DNA of 32,000 nucleotides from Geotalea daltonii FRC-32 (lineage in GTDB: Bacteria > Desulfobacterota > Desulfuromonadia > Geobacterales > Geobacteraceae): the NCBI RefSeq assembly GCF_000022265.1, contig NC_011979.1, forward strand, positions 1,110,001 through 1,142,000, written 5' to 3'. Below, piece after piece: positions 18,906-28,200 of the stretch. The notes under the pieces are model-generated. The model searched no databases and was not told the origin of the DNA. It saw nothing but the letters and a program-made list of their open reading frames with translations. Numbering within the stretch: position 1 is the first letter of the stretch; every line of letters begins with the position of its first letter. The translations under genes were made by a program, and so were the position numbers.

Positions 18906-18985
18906 CCATTAATATTGATTTTCTCAGCATTATTGTGTATGCCGTCAAATTAGTTCTAAACCAAATAACCTTACAGGAGGGTGTA

Positions 18986-21900
18986 GTGAAGGGACTCAAA
19001 ACACTCTTTTTCTTTTTGTTCATTCTGATAAGTCATGCTCTGCCGTCTTTTGCAGATACTACGGTAGGAGGTGTCATTTCCACGGATACAACCTGGACTC
19101 TGGCCGGTAGCCCTTATAATGTCACTTCAACTGTTCAGGTGTATGGGACCAGTACCACAGCAGCTACCCTCACCATAGAACCTGGCGTTGTGGTTAAATT
19201 TGCTTCCAATACCGTATTGCAGATAGGAAGTGGTGCCAGTCAGGGAGCACTAATCGCAAAAGGGACGACGACAGAGAGAATTATCTTCACCCGAAGCGGC
19301 ACAACCGGTACATGGGCAGGTCTTACCTATTATGACGGCACTGTGGATGCAACCTCAGTAATCGAAAATGCCGATGTCCAGTACAATAGCGGGTTAAATA
19401 TCACATCTGCTTCGCCTGCTTTCAGAAACTGCACCCTAACTCACATGACGGGCTATGCTAGCTTTTCTAATAGTAATCCTGTGCTGGAGAATGTCGCTAT
19501 TACCAACAACAGCAGCTACGGCATCTACCTCAACTCCTCATCGCCCATCATTACCGGCGGCAGCTTAACCAACACCAGCACCACCGGCCATGGCATTTAT
19601 GGCAGCGGCTCTCCAACATTTTCCAATTACAGCGTCTCCATCGTCAACAGTGCAGGCAAATATGGGCTCTATCAAAGCAGTACGACCTCAGCCCTTAGTG
19701 TTACCAACTCTACCATCGCCAATGGCATTTACCTTGGCTCCACCGGCATCATCCCGACTATCACTGGCAACACCTTCACTAATTTGGATAACTCCCCCCT
19801 TCATGCGGGAGCCAATATCATTGCCCAGATCATCGCCAACAACACCCTGACCGGCCAGACCTTTGCCGGCAAGATCGAGGTGGTAGGCGAGCAGATAAAC
19901 AGGGACACACTGTGGCGGAAACAGATTGCGCCTTATGTGATTTCAGGAGCCATTTACGTATACAAAGATACCATTTCGCCTGCTACTCTGACTATCGAGC
20001 CAGGAACAACAATTAAATTATTTGCAGGCGGTAGCGGGCTATACATAGGAAGTGGTGCCAATCAAGGGGCACTAATCGCAAAAGGGACGACGACGGAAAG
20101 GATTACATTTACCCGGAGCGGCACTAGCGGTACATGGGCAGGCCTTACCTATTATGACGGGGCTGTGGATGCAACATCAGTAATCGAGAATGCCGACATC
20201 CAATATACCACCGGCTTTAGTATCAACTCCGCTTCACCTGTTTTTAGAAACTGCACCATAACAGACATGACGGGCTATGCTAGCTTTTCTAATAGTAACC
20301 CGGTGCTGGAGAATGTCACTCTTACCAACAACGGCAGCTACGGTATCAATCTTTCTGCCTCATCGCCCATCATTACCGGTGGCAGCCTAACCAACACCAA
20401 CACCAACACCACCGGCCATGGTATTTATGGCAACGGGGCACCGGTCATTACGAATTACAATGTCTCTATGGTCAATAGCACTGGCAAGTACGGCCTTTAC
20501 CTGAACAGTTCCACTTCAATGTTGTCAGTCACGAACTCAACCATTGCCAATGGCATCTACCTCGCATCCACCGGCATTACCCCGACCGTTACCGGCAATA
20601 CCTTCACTAATCTGGATAGCTCTCCGATCCATGTAGGGGCGAACATAGTCGGGCAGCTTATAGCCAACAACGCCCTAACTGGCCTTACTTCAGGCGGCAG
20701 AATCGAGATCGTGGGCGAACAGGTGAACCGTAATGTAACCTGGAGCCCACTGGCAGCTCCGTATCACGTGGTCTCCGGCACTGTTTCCGTCTACAACACC
20801 ACGACAACCGCCTCGACCTTGACCATTGCACCGGGAACCGTCATCAAGTTTGCGACCAGCACCGGACTTCAGATCGGCAGTGGCACGAACCAGGGGGCAT
20901 TGATAGCCCAGGGAACACCATCAAATCGTATCACCTTCACCCGAAGCGGCATCAGCGGTACATGGGCAGGCCTTACCTATTATGACGGCACTGTGGATGC
21001 AACATCAGTAATCGAAATTGCCGACATTCAATATACCACCGGCTTTAGTATCAACTCCGCTTCACCTGTTTTTAGAAACTGCACCATAACAGACATGACG
21101 GGCTATGCTAGCTTTTCTAATAGTAACCCGGTGCTGGAGAATGTCACTCTTACCAACAACGGCAGCTACGGTATCAATCTTTCTGCCTCATCGCCCATCA
21201 TTACCGGTGGCAGCTTAACCAATACCAACACCACCGGTCATGGCATTTACGGAAGCGGCTCTCCAACAGTTTCCAATTACAGCGTCTCCATCGTCAATAG
21301 CACTGGCAAGTACGGCCTTTACCTGAACAGTTCCACTTCAATGTTGTCAGTCACGAATTCAACCATTGCCAATGGCATCTACCTCGCATCCACCGGCATC
21401 ACCCCTACCATCACCGGCAATACCTTCAGCAATGGGGATAATTCGCCACCCCATGCAGGGGCTGCCTTGATAAACCGGATTTTGTCTGAAAACACCTTCA
21501 GCGGACTTACCGCAACCGGCAAAATCGAGGTTGTCGGGGAGTATCTGACGCAAAACACTCTTTGGAAGAAGTGGGTAGCACCATATATTGTTCTCGGCAA
21601 TGTCTATGTTTTTAAGGACACCGTCACCACCGCTACCCTGACCATCGATCCGGGAGTCGTGGTGAAATTTAACACAAACACCTCGCTGCAGATTGGTTCG
21701 GGATCTTCCAGGGGGTCCATCATTGCCGATGGAGGGACGGCAGCGATCACCTTTACTTCCAGTCAGGGTACGCCTACTGCCGGAAGCTGGTCGGGTATAA
21801 CCTTCTCCGGTGACTCTGCCAGCGGCAGTATATTGAATAACATTGTCGTCGAATACGGAGGCTCAGGAGGGTACTACAATAACGCAAACGTTGTCTTTAA

Positions 21901-24391
21901 TTCTTCTTCGCCAGTGATCCGTAATTCCACAATCAGAAACAGTGCCGGAAGCGGCATCTATGTATATGGTGCACAAAACATCCCTCAGGTGGTTGGTTGC
22001 ACGGTTACAGCCAACAAGTGGGGTGTTTATGCCACTTCTTCAAACCCTTACATCGTCAATTCACGAATCTACGGCAATTCCACCGCAGGTGTATGGAACA
22101 GTTCCACGACTGTAGATGTTGACGCAAGAAATAATTGGTGGGGGGCAGACTCCGGACCAACCCATGCAAGCAACCCTTCCGGCACCGGCAACAGCGTCAG
22201 CGACAAGGTACTCTACAATCCTTGGATTGGCCAGACTCCAGGGACTGGAGTGACTTTCAGCAATGTCAAGGTTTCGCCAGCAGCGTTCAATCCTGATGGG
22301 GATTATCTCACCTTCGGGGCATTCATCTCCGCCAATGCCAACTGGACCATCACTATCACCGACAGCGGAAATAACGTCGTCAGAATTTTCACCGGCTCCG
22401 GCACTTCCATCAGTCAGAGATGGTTTGGCGAAGACAGCCAGTCTGTGAAAGTAGCGGATGGAAATTATACCTACAAGATAGAAGCGGTAAATCCTGCGAC
22501 TTTGGAAGCGGCCTCTCCCTTACAAGGAACCGTAAAGGTATTCCGCCAACTTCCTGTGGCCATTCTCGATGTGCCGACTGATGATCAGATCTTTTCCGGC
22601 GGGACCATCGTCAATGTTACCGGCACCGCCTCCGATCCTACCGATTTCAAGAACTACACCCTTGAGTATGGGGCAGGAGACAACCCGATTTCCTGGAGTG
22701 CCCTTAGGAGCGCAACAGTTCCAGTGCAAGGTAACCTTTTGTATGCCTGGGACCTCACCAATGCCACTGGAGGCGTATACACCCTGCGCCTCACCGTCAC
22801 CGATAATGCCGGGAATGCAACAGTAAAAGCGGCACGCATCAGGCTCCTCTGGATTCAGAATGCAAATTCGTCGGAGACTTACCTTTCACCGAACGGCGAT
22901 GGTACCAAGGATTCGTCGCTACTTAGCGCGACGGCCAGCTACCCGGTCAATTGGTCCGTAACGTTAAGCAACTCAACCGGTACTGTAGTGAGGACTTTTA
23001 CTATGCCGGGAAGTTCTTCCTTCAGCCAGACTTGGGACGGCCGGGATTCAGGAAATGTTGTTGTTCCTGACGGCACATACACCTATACGTTTAATGCCCT
23101 TGATCCTGTGTCCTTACTTGGAGCTTCTCCCAAAACAGGTAACATAAAGGTAGATAGTACGCTGCCCACTGTTTCCGTAACGGCGCCATTTCCCGGCGGA
23201 ATGCTGCAGAACACCGTAACCATCACCGGAACGGCAGCGGATACCAATTTGGATAACTACACAGTGGAGTATGGGTTAGTGTCGAGTGCAGGGGCGTGGA
23301 CTCTCCTTGCTTCATCGGGCACGCCAGTTACCTCTGGCACTCTGGCCGTCTGGATAACCAATGATCTTAAGAACGTGGTCAAGCTGCAAAATGGTGACTA
23401 TCAGCTCAGATTGACTGCTGTGGATAAGGCGGGAAATAGCTCCATAACCACTATCCCGGTAACGGTGGATAATCTTATTCTTTCATCCATATCAGTCAGC
23501 CGGAACACCTTAAACACAGCTTTAGGTGAATCAACAACCATCCCGTTCACCATCAACCGCTCGGGTACTGTGACGCTGAATGTCATACCCGAGAAACTCG
23601 GCTCCAATGGCACTCCCGTATATCAAGCCTCAATAAACTGTCTTGCAGCCGGCAACTATGCCTTTACCTGGAACGGCGCCGACTCGACCGGTAAAACAGT
23701 ACCAGATGAAGCATATCTTTATATCCTGAATGCTGTCGACGGAACAAGAACCGACGGCTACTCTCCGCCATATCCGAACGGCCCCGGAAGTGTCACCTGT
23801 ACCCAGAGCACGTATAACCCTCTGAAGAATCTGCCCATGACGGTGACATATACTCCGTCGCTGCCATCTCGGATCAATATGAGCATTGCCTGGGGAACCA
23901 AAAGGTACAAGATGATGGATGCAGTGCCGACATTGGCAACAACCGGCACCTTTGATTGGTTCGGAATGGACCCTGCCCAGCAAATAATGGCCAATGGCGC
24001 TTTTGCAACCTGCACGGTTGCATCGCTTCTGCCGGAAAACTTCCTGATGACTATTGGAGACATGCCCAAAGTGACCATGTTGAAAACAGACCCTTATGAA
24101 ATTTCGCTTTCATATGGGCAGTTCACCAGAATAGAATACACAGTTTCCAGGGAATCGAATGTAACCATCAAGGTTGTCTCCCCAAGTGGTATTGCGGCAA
24201 CTCTGCAAAATAATCTGCTTCAGCCGGCAGGTACTTATGAAATGGAATGGACACTTGCCGATCTTAGTGATGCATTCGGGAAGAACTTTGCTGTATCGGA
24301 AGAGGGGGATTATGCTGTCAGCATACATGCGACCAATCCCGTTACCGGCACTTACTCAATCACAAAAGGCAACCTTAGGGTCGGGCTTTGA
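18986..24391 (+). CDS. giant secreted protein: four right-handed parallel beta-helix (CASH/NosD-like) modules followed by FlgD-Ig-like and Ig-like beta-sandwich modules
   Basis: GTG at 18986 lies 6 nt after AGGAGG. Signal peptide is VKGLKTLFFFLFILISHALPSFA|DT. Repeated beta-helix rungs are present (NCTIT, NSNPVLENV, SSPIITGG, NSTIANGIYL) with an NNWWG cap. FlgD-Ig-like blocks are present (FNPDGDY..., LSPNGDGTKD...WDGRDSGNVVVPDGTYTY). Confidence 0.8.
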   Translation: MKGLKTLFFFLFILISHALPSFADTTVGGVISTDTTWTLAGSPYNVTSTVQVYGTSTTAATLTIEPGVVVKFASNTVLQIGSGASQGALIAKGTTTERIIFTRSGTTGTWAGLTYYDGTVDATSVIENADVQYNSGLNITSASPAFRNCTLTHMTGYASFSNSNPVLENVAITNNSSYGIYLNSSSPIITGGSLTNTSTTGHGIYGSGSPTFSNYSVSIVNSAGKYGLYQSSTTSALSVTNSTIANGIYLGSTGIIPTITGNTFTNLDNSPLHAGANIIAQIIANNTLTGQTFAGKIEVVGEQINRDTLWRKQIAPYVISGAIYVYKDTISPATLTIEPGTTIKLFAGGSGLYIGSGANQGALIAKGTTTERITFTRSGTSGTWAGLTYYDGAVDATSVIENADIQYTTGFSINSASPVFRNCTITDMTGYASFSNSNPVLENVTLTNNGSYGINLSASSPIITGGSLTNTNTNTTGHGIYGNGAPVITNYNVSMVNSTGKYGLYLNSSTSMLSVTNSTIANGIYLASTGITPTVTGNTFTNLDSSPIHVGANIVGQLIANNALTGLTSGGRIEIVGEQVNRNVTWSPLAAPYHVVSGTVSVYNTTTTASTLTIAPGTVIKFATSTGLQIGSGTNQGALIAQGTPSNRITFTRSGISGTWAGLTYYDGTVDATSVIEIADIQYTTGFSINSASPVFRNCTITDMTGYASFSNSNPVLENVTLTNNGSYGINLSASSPIITGGSLTNTNTTGHGIYGSGSPTVSNYSVSIVNSTGKYGLYLNSSTSMLSVTNSTIANGIYLASTGITPTITGNTFSNGDNSPPHAGAALINRILSENTFSGLTATGKIEVVGEYLTQNTLWKKWVAPYIVLGNVYVFKDTVTTATLTIDPGVVVKFNTNTSLQIGSGSSRGSIIADGGTAAITFTSSQGTPTAGSWSGITFSGDSASGSILNNIVVEYGGSGGYYNNANVVFNSSSPVIRNSTIRNSAGSGIYVYGAQNIPQVVGCTVTANKWGVYATSSNPYIVNSRIYGNSTAGVWNSSTTVDVDARNNWWGADSGPTHASNPSGTGNSVSDKVLYNPWIGQTPGTGVTFSNVKVSPAAFNPDGDYLTFGAFISANANWTITITDSGNNVVRIFTGSGTSISQRWFGEDSQSVKVADGNYTYKIEAVNPATLEAASPLQGTVKVFRQLPVAILDVPTDDQIFSGGTIVNVTGTASDPTDFKNYTLEYGAGDNPISWSALRSATVPVQGNLLYAWDLTNATGGVYTLRLTVTDNAGNATVKAARIRLLWIQNANSSETYLSPNGDGTKDSSLLSATASYPVNWSVTLSNSTGTVVRTFTMPGSSSFSQTWDGRDSGNVVVPDGTYTYTFNALDPVSLLGASPKTGNIKVDSTLPTVSVTAPFPGGMLQNTVTITGTAADTNLDNYTVEYGLVSSAGAWTLLASSGTPVTSGTLAVWITNDLKNVVKLQNGDYQLRLTAVDKAGNSSITTIPVTVDNLILSSISVSRNTLNTALGESTTIPFTINRSGTVTLNVIPEKLGSNGTPVYQASINCLAAGNYAFTWNGADSTGKTVPDEAYLYILNAVDGTRTDGYSPPYPNGPGSVTCTQSTYNPLKNLPMTVTYTPSLPSRINMSIAWGTKRYKMMDAVPTLATTGTFDWFGMDPAQQIMANGAFATCTVASLLPENFLMTIGDMPKVTMLKTDPYEISLSYGQFTRIEYTVSRESNVTIKVVSPSGIAATLQNNLLQPAGTYEMEWTLADLSDAFGKNFAVSEEGDYAVSIHATNPVTGTYSITKGNLRVGL
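19067..21535 (+). repeat. three in-frame tandem repeats of 819/828/822 bp inside the giant gene
   Basis: Units start at 19067, 19886 and 20714; the degenerate fourth module starts at 21536. 20201-20386 and 21029-21214 are identical over 186 bp by my base-by-base reading. Confidence 0.9.
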
Positions 24392-24451
24392 TTTGAAATG
24401 GTTGAAATATACTATAACCATATGATGAGACATACAATGTGGAGATATTAA

Positions 24452-25156
24452 ATGAGGATGATTGGAATCAAGATAATATTATTTATTTTGCTCTGGCTGG
24501 CCTTTGCCTCTTTGACTTCTGTCACGCCTGCTTATGCAGTTACTCCCTGTCAGAGTATCCAGCAGCAGGTAGACTTGTATTTGAATAACCCCCCAAGCAT
24601 ATATTGCAAATACACTCCCGAGTTCGGGGAGTCGGAAGTAAAGATTTGGCGGGATTGTGATTATCGGCCGGCAGCTATTAAAACAGTTACCTATTCACCT
24701 GGCACTATAAATTATACCCAAAGTGGTACAGTAACCTGTTGCTATCCGGACCGTAACTGCTATCTTCCTGAGAATCAATATAAAGATACCTATACGAACA
24801 CTTATTACAAGACCATTGTAAAGAATGAATACTGTGATGGACACATTACAACCAATGAATATTCATACGGTATGAATTGGATATATAACTATGCTTCATA
24901 CACTGGATATTGTGCTACCCCTGGCAGTAGCAATTTACAGACTTATGTTGTGCCTCAACATGAGGATTCTGCGGCATATTGTGCGTCTCAAGTAACGCGC
25001 TATCTCTATACCACCATATCCATTCCGGCTAATTGTAATGACTGTTATGATTCTTCCGACCCCTGTTGCGGCAGCACCGATAAATGTTGTGGCAAGGGCC
25101 CCTGTTGTGGTGATCCCTGCTGTGGTGATGTCTGCTGCCAGAACCAAGGGGAATAG
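24452..25156 (+). CDS. secreted Cys/Tyr-rich protein with C-terminal (CC-x3-4)5 tail; unknown family
   Basis: GGAGA RBS 6 nt upstream. Signal peptide ends PAYA|VTPCQ. The mature part has 21 Cys, and the tail is PCCGSTDKCCGKGPCCGDPCCGDVCCQNQGE. It lies 60 nt after the giant gene and 68 nt before the RHS gene. Confidence 0.7.
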   Translation: MRMIGIKIILFILLWLAFASLTSVTPAYAVTPCQSIQQQVDLYLNNPPSIYCKYTPEFGESEVKIWRDCDYRPAAIKTVTYSPGTINYTQSGTVTCCYPDRNCYLPENQYKDTYTNTYYKTIVKNEYCDGHITTNEYSYGMNWIYNYASYTGYCATPGSSNLQTYVVPQHEDSAAYCASQVTRYLYTTISIPANCNDCYDSSDPCCGSTDKCCGKGPCCGDPCCGDVCCQNQGE

Positions 25157-25224
25157 AACAATGATGGAAATTGCCTGATTTAATGTTGACCATGAAATTG
25201 AAATGAGATTCAGGAGGTTATCAA

Positions 25225-28200
25225 ATGCTCAGATGGTCAAAGAATTTTTCTCATAGTTTTTGTTTTCTTTTAACAATTACATCACTGTCGGTGTTTCCTG
25301 TTTGTGCCCATGCAGGAACGGATGCGAAAAGTGCCGACGAAGCCGCTATCCAAGCTCTCAGCGCAGAAGGCAGCGATGCTGGCACCAACAATCCCGCCTA
25401 TGCCGGCAAACCTGTAAGTCTAAATGGCGGTGCAGAAACATTTCAACGGACAGACCTGACCTTAGGCAATCTGTTACCCATCAGCATCAAGCGCCGTTAC
25501 AACAGCAAATCAGGTTATGACAGCCCCTCCGGCTACGGCTGGGCGCACAACTACGACAAGCGCCTGTACACCTATTCCGACGGATCAGTAGTCATTCGCA
25601 AAGAGACCGGCTGGAAGCGTCAGTTTACTCCATCAGGAGTAGGATTTATCACCCCTGTCGGTGAGACCGGAATCCTTACCATCAACCAAGACGGCAGCTA
25701 CACCTATACGGAAAAAGACGGCGGCAAAGAACTTTATGATCCGAAGGGCCGTTTAGTGAAAATGACAGATCCCAATGGGAGTTACCTGATTCTCAGCTAC
25801 GAATCTGCCACCAGGTTCAGTCTGTGGGGCCTCCTTCCTTGGAATATCAATCAGACGAATCCCCTGAAGGTCGCCTATGACTATCATCTGAGCAGGATCG
25901 ATGAATTCACCCCCTCCGGAACCACCACCGGCGCATGGGTCACCTTCCAGTACGACACATCTACCGGCAGGCTTACCAGCATCAGTGACAGCCTGGGAAG
26001 AAACGTCACCTATGGGTACGACACCATCGGCAACCTTGCCTCAGTTGTCACGCCCCTTAGCTCCGCCCAGTATGCATACACAGACCCCACCAACAAGCAC
26101 CTGATGACCACGGTCGACGAAGGAGACGGCCCTTATGCAAACACCTACGACAAGGCCGGACGAGTCGTTCGCCAGACCCACGGCACAGGGCAGATCGACA
26201 TCGAATACACCGTCCCCAGAAAAACAACCAAAGTCACCACCACCATAAAAGATGGCACCGGTCTGTTGCTCAATACCAACATCCGCACCGTCGAGTTCGA
26301 CGACAATGGCCAGGTAGCCAAAGAAACAGACACATTGGGCAACGTGACCACATATATCCGTAATCAACAGACCTGGATCACCCGCAAAGAGCAGTGGGAG
26401 AATACCGGCACCATAGCCAGTCCGACGCTCGTACTGAAAGCAGCCATAAATTATACCTACGACAGCATCGGCAATGTACTTACCAGCACTCAGGCGCCGG
26501 GCACACCCCAAGAAAAGCAAGCTATCTATACCTACGACCCCACCTTCAATCATCAAACCAGCGAAAGCGCAGCCAGCGTCGTCAACCCGGCAATCAGCAA
26601 GATAACCAGCCATACTTACGACAGCAAAGGCAATCGCCAGAGCACCACCGAGACCGGCCTGCTCGGAGATGGCACCCCATACAGCTACGCCACTACCTAT
26701 GAAAACGATGCCAATGGCAGAGTGACAAGGATCGACGGCCCCCGCACCGACGTGCAGGACGTCACTACCTTTACCTATGACGCCAACGGCAATATGCTGA
26801 CAAAGACCGAAGCCTTAATCGGCACCACCCGTTATGACAACTACGACGCCCTGGGCAACCCAGGCACCATTACCGATCCAAACGGCAATGCCACCACCTA
26901 CACCTATGACACCGCAGGCAGGGCACTATTCGTCAAAGCCCCCGGAGACATAAACCCCACCGAATACACCTATACCACCGGCGGGTGTGGCAGCTGCGGC
27001 GGATCAACCAACCGCATCGCCTCCATCATCCAGCCCGAAGGAAACCGTATCGACTATACCTATGACACCAACGGCAAACTGACCAAGATTGCCGATAGCC
27101 AGAATAACAGCATCAACTACAGCTACGACAGCGAAGGGAACAAACTGAAAGAAGAGATCAAAGATCCGTCAGGCATCCTGCAAAAGACCATCAGCTACCA
27201 ATACGACGTCATCAACCGCCTCAAGCAGATCAAAAACCCCGATGCCACCTACACCGAATTCGGCTACGACGCCCTCGGCAACCGAACCAGCAGCAAAGAC
27301 CCCAAACAAAACCTGACCACCAGCCAGTACGACGCCCTGAGCCGCCTCACCGCCACCATCCAGCCCGGCAATGTCACCACCGGCTTCACTTACGATACAA
27401 ATAACAACCTGACCACCGTAACCGACGCCAACAGCAACAGCACCACCTACAAATACGACGATCTGGGCAGGGTCTACCAGACCATCTCCCCTGATACCAA
27501 CACCACCACCTACAGTTATGACCCTGCAGGCAATCTCAAAACCAAGACCGACGCAAAAGGCATTATCATTGCTTACACCTACGACGACGCCAATAGGCTC
27601 ACCAGAACAAGCTTCCCCACAGACCCCGCCATCACCTACAGCTACGACACCTGTATAAATGGCAAGGGAAGAGTCTGCACCATCACCGACCAGAGCGGCA
27701 CAACCACCTACGAGTACACCAAGAAGGGACAGATAGCCAAAGAGACCAGAACCATCGACGGCATTGCCTACATCACCCAGTACACCTACGACATGAACGG
27801 CAACACGAAAACGATCATCTACCCGAGCGGCAGGGTTATCACCTACAGCTACAGCAACGACAAGCCTACCACCGTCAGCAGTACCTACGCAGGCATAACC
27901 ACCACAATAGCAAACAACATAAGTTACAAACCCTTCGGCGGGATGACAGCACTTACCTACGGCAACGGTTTAGCAAGAACCATCACCTACGACAACCAGT
28001 ACCGCATCAGCACCATGATTACCGGCACCCTGCAAAACCTCACTTACGGCTACGACGCCAACGGCAACATCACCGCTATCACCAATACTCTCGACAATAC
28101 CAAGAACAAGAGTTATACCTACGACAGCCTCGACCGGCTCGGCAGCGGCACCGGCCCATGGGGCACCATCACCTGGACATATGACGGCGTCGGCAACAGG

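Noticed and set aside
18935-18985. Track start (ATG 18935) of the giant ORF
   Set aside because: No RBS is present there. AGGAGG lies at 18975-18980, 6 nt before GTG 18986, and the signal peptide begins there.
19067-21535. Possibility that the repeated DNA is a CRISPR array or a DGR template/variable-repeat pair
   Set aside because: The repeats are ~822 bp, contiguous, in frame and coding. There are no short repeat-spacer units. No reverse transcriptase is present in the window, and the differences are not adenine-specific.
26041-26613. 190-aa minus-strand ORF inside the RHS gene
   Set aside because: It is antisense to regular YD repeats and has no RBS or motif.
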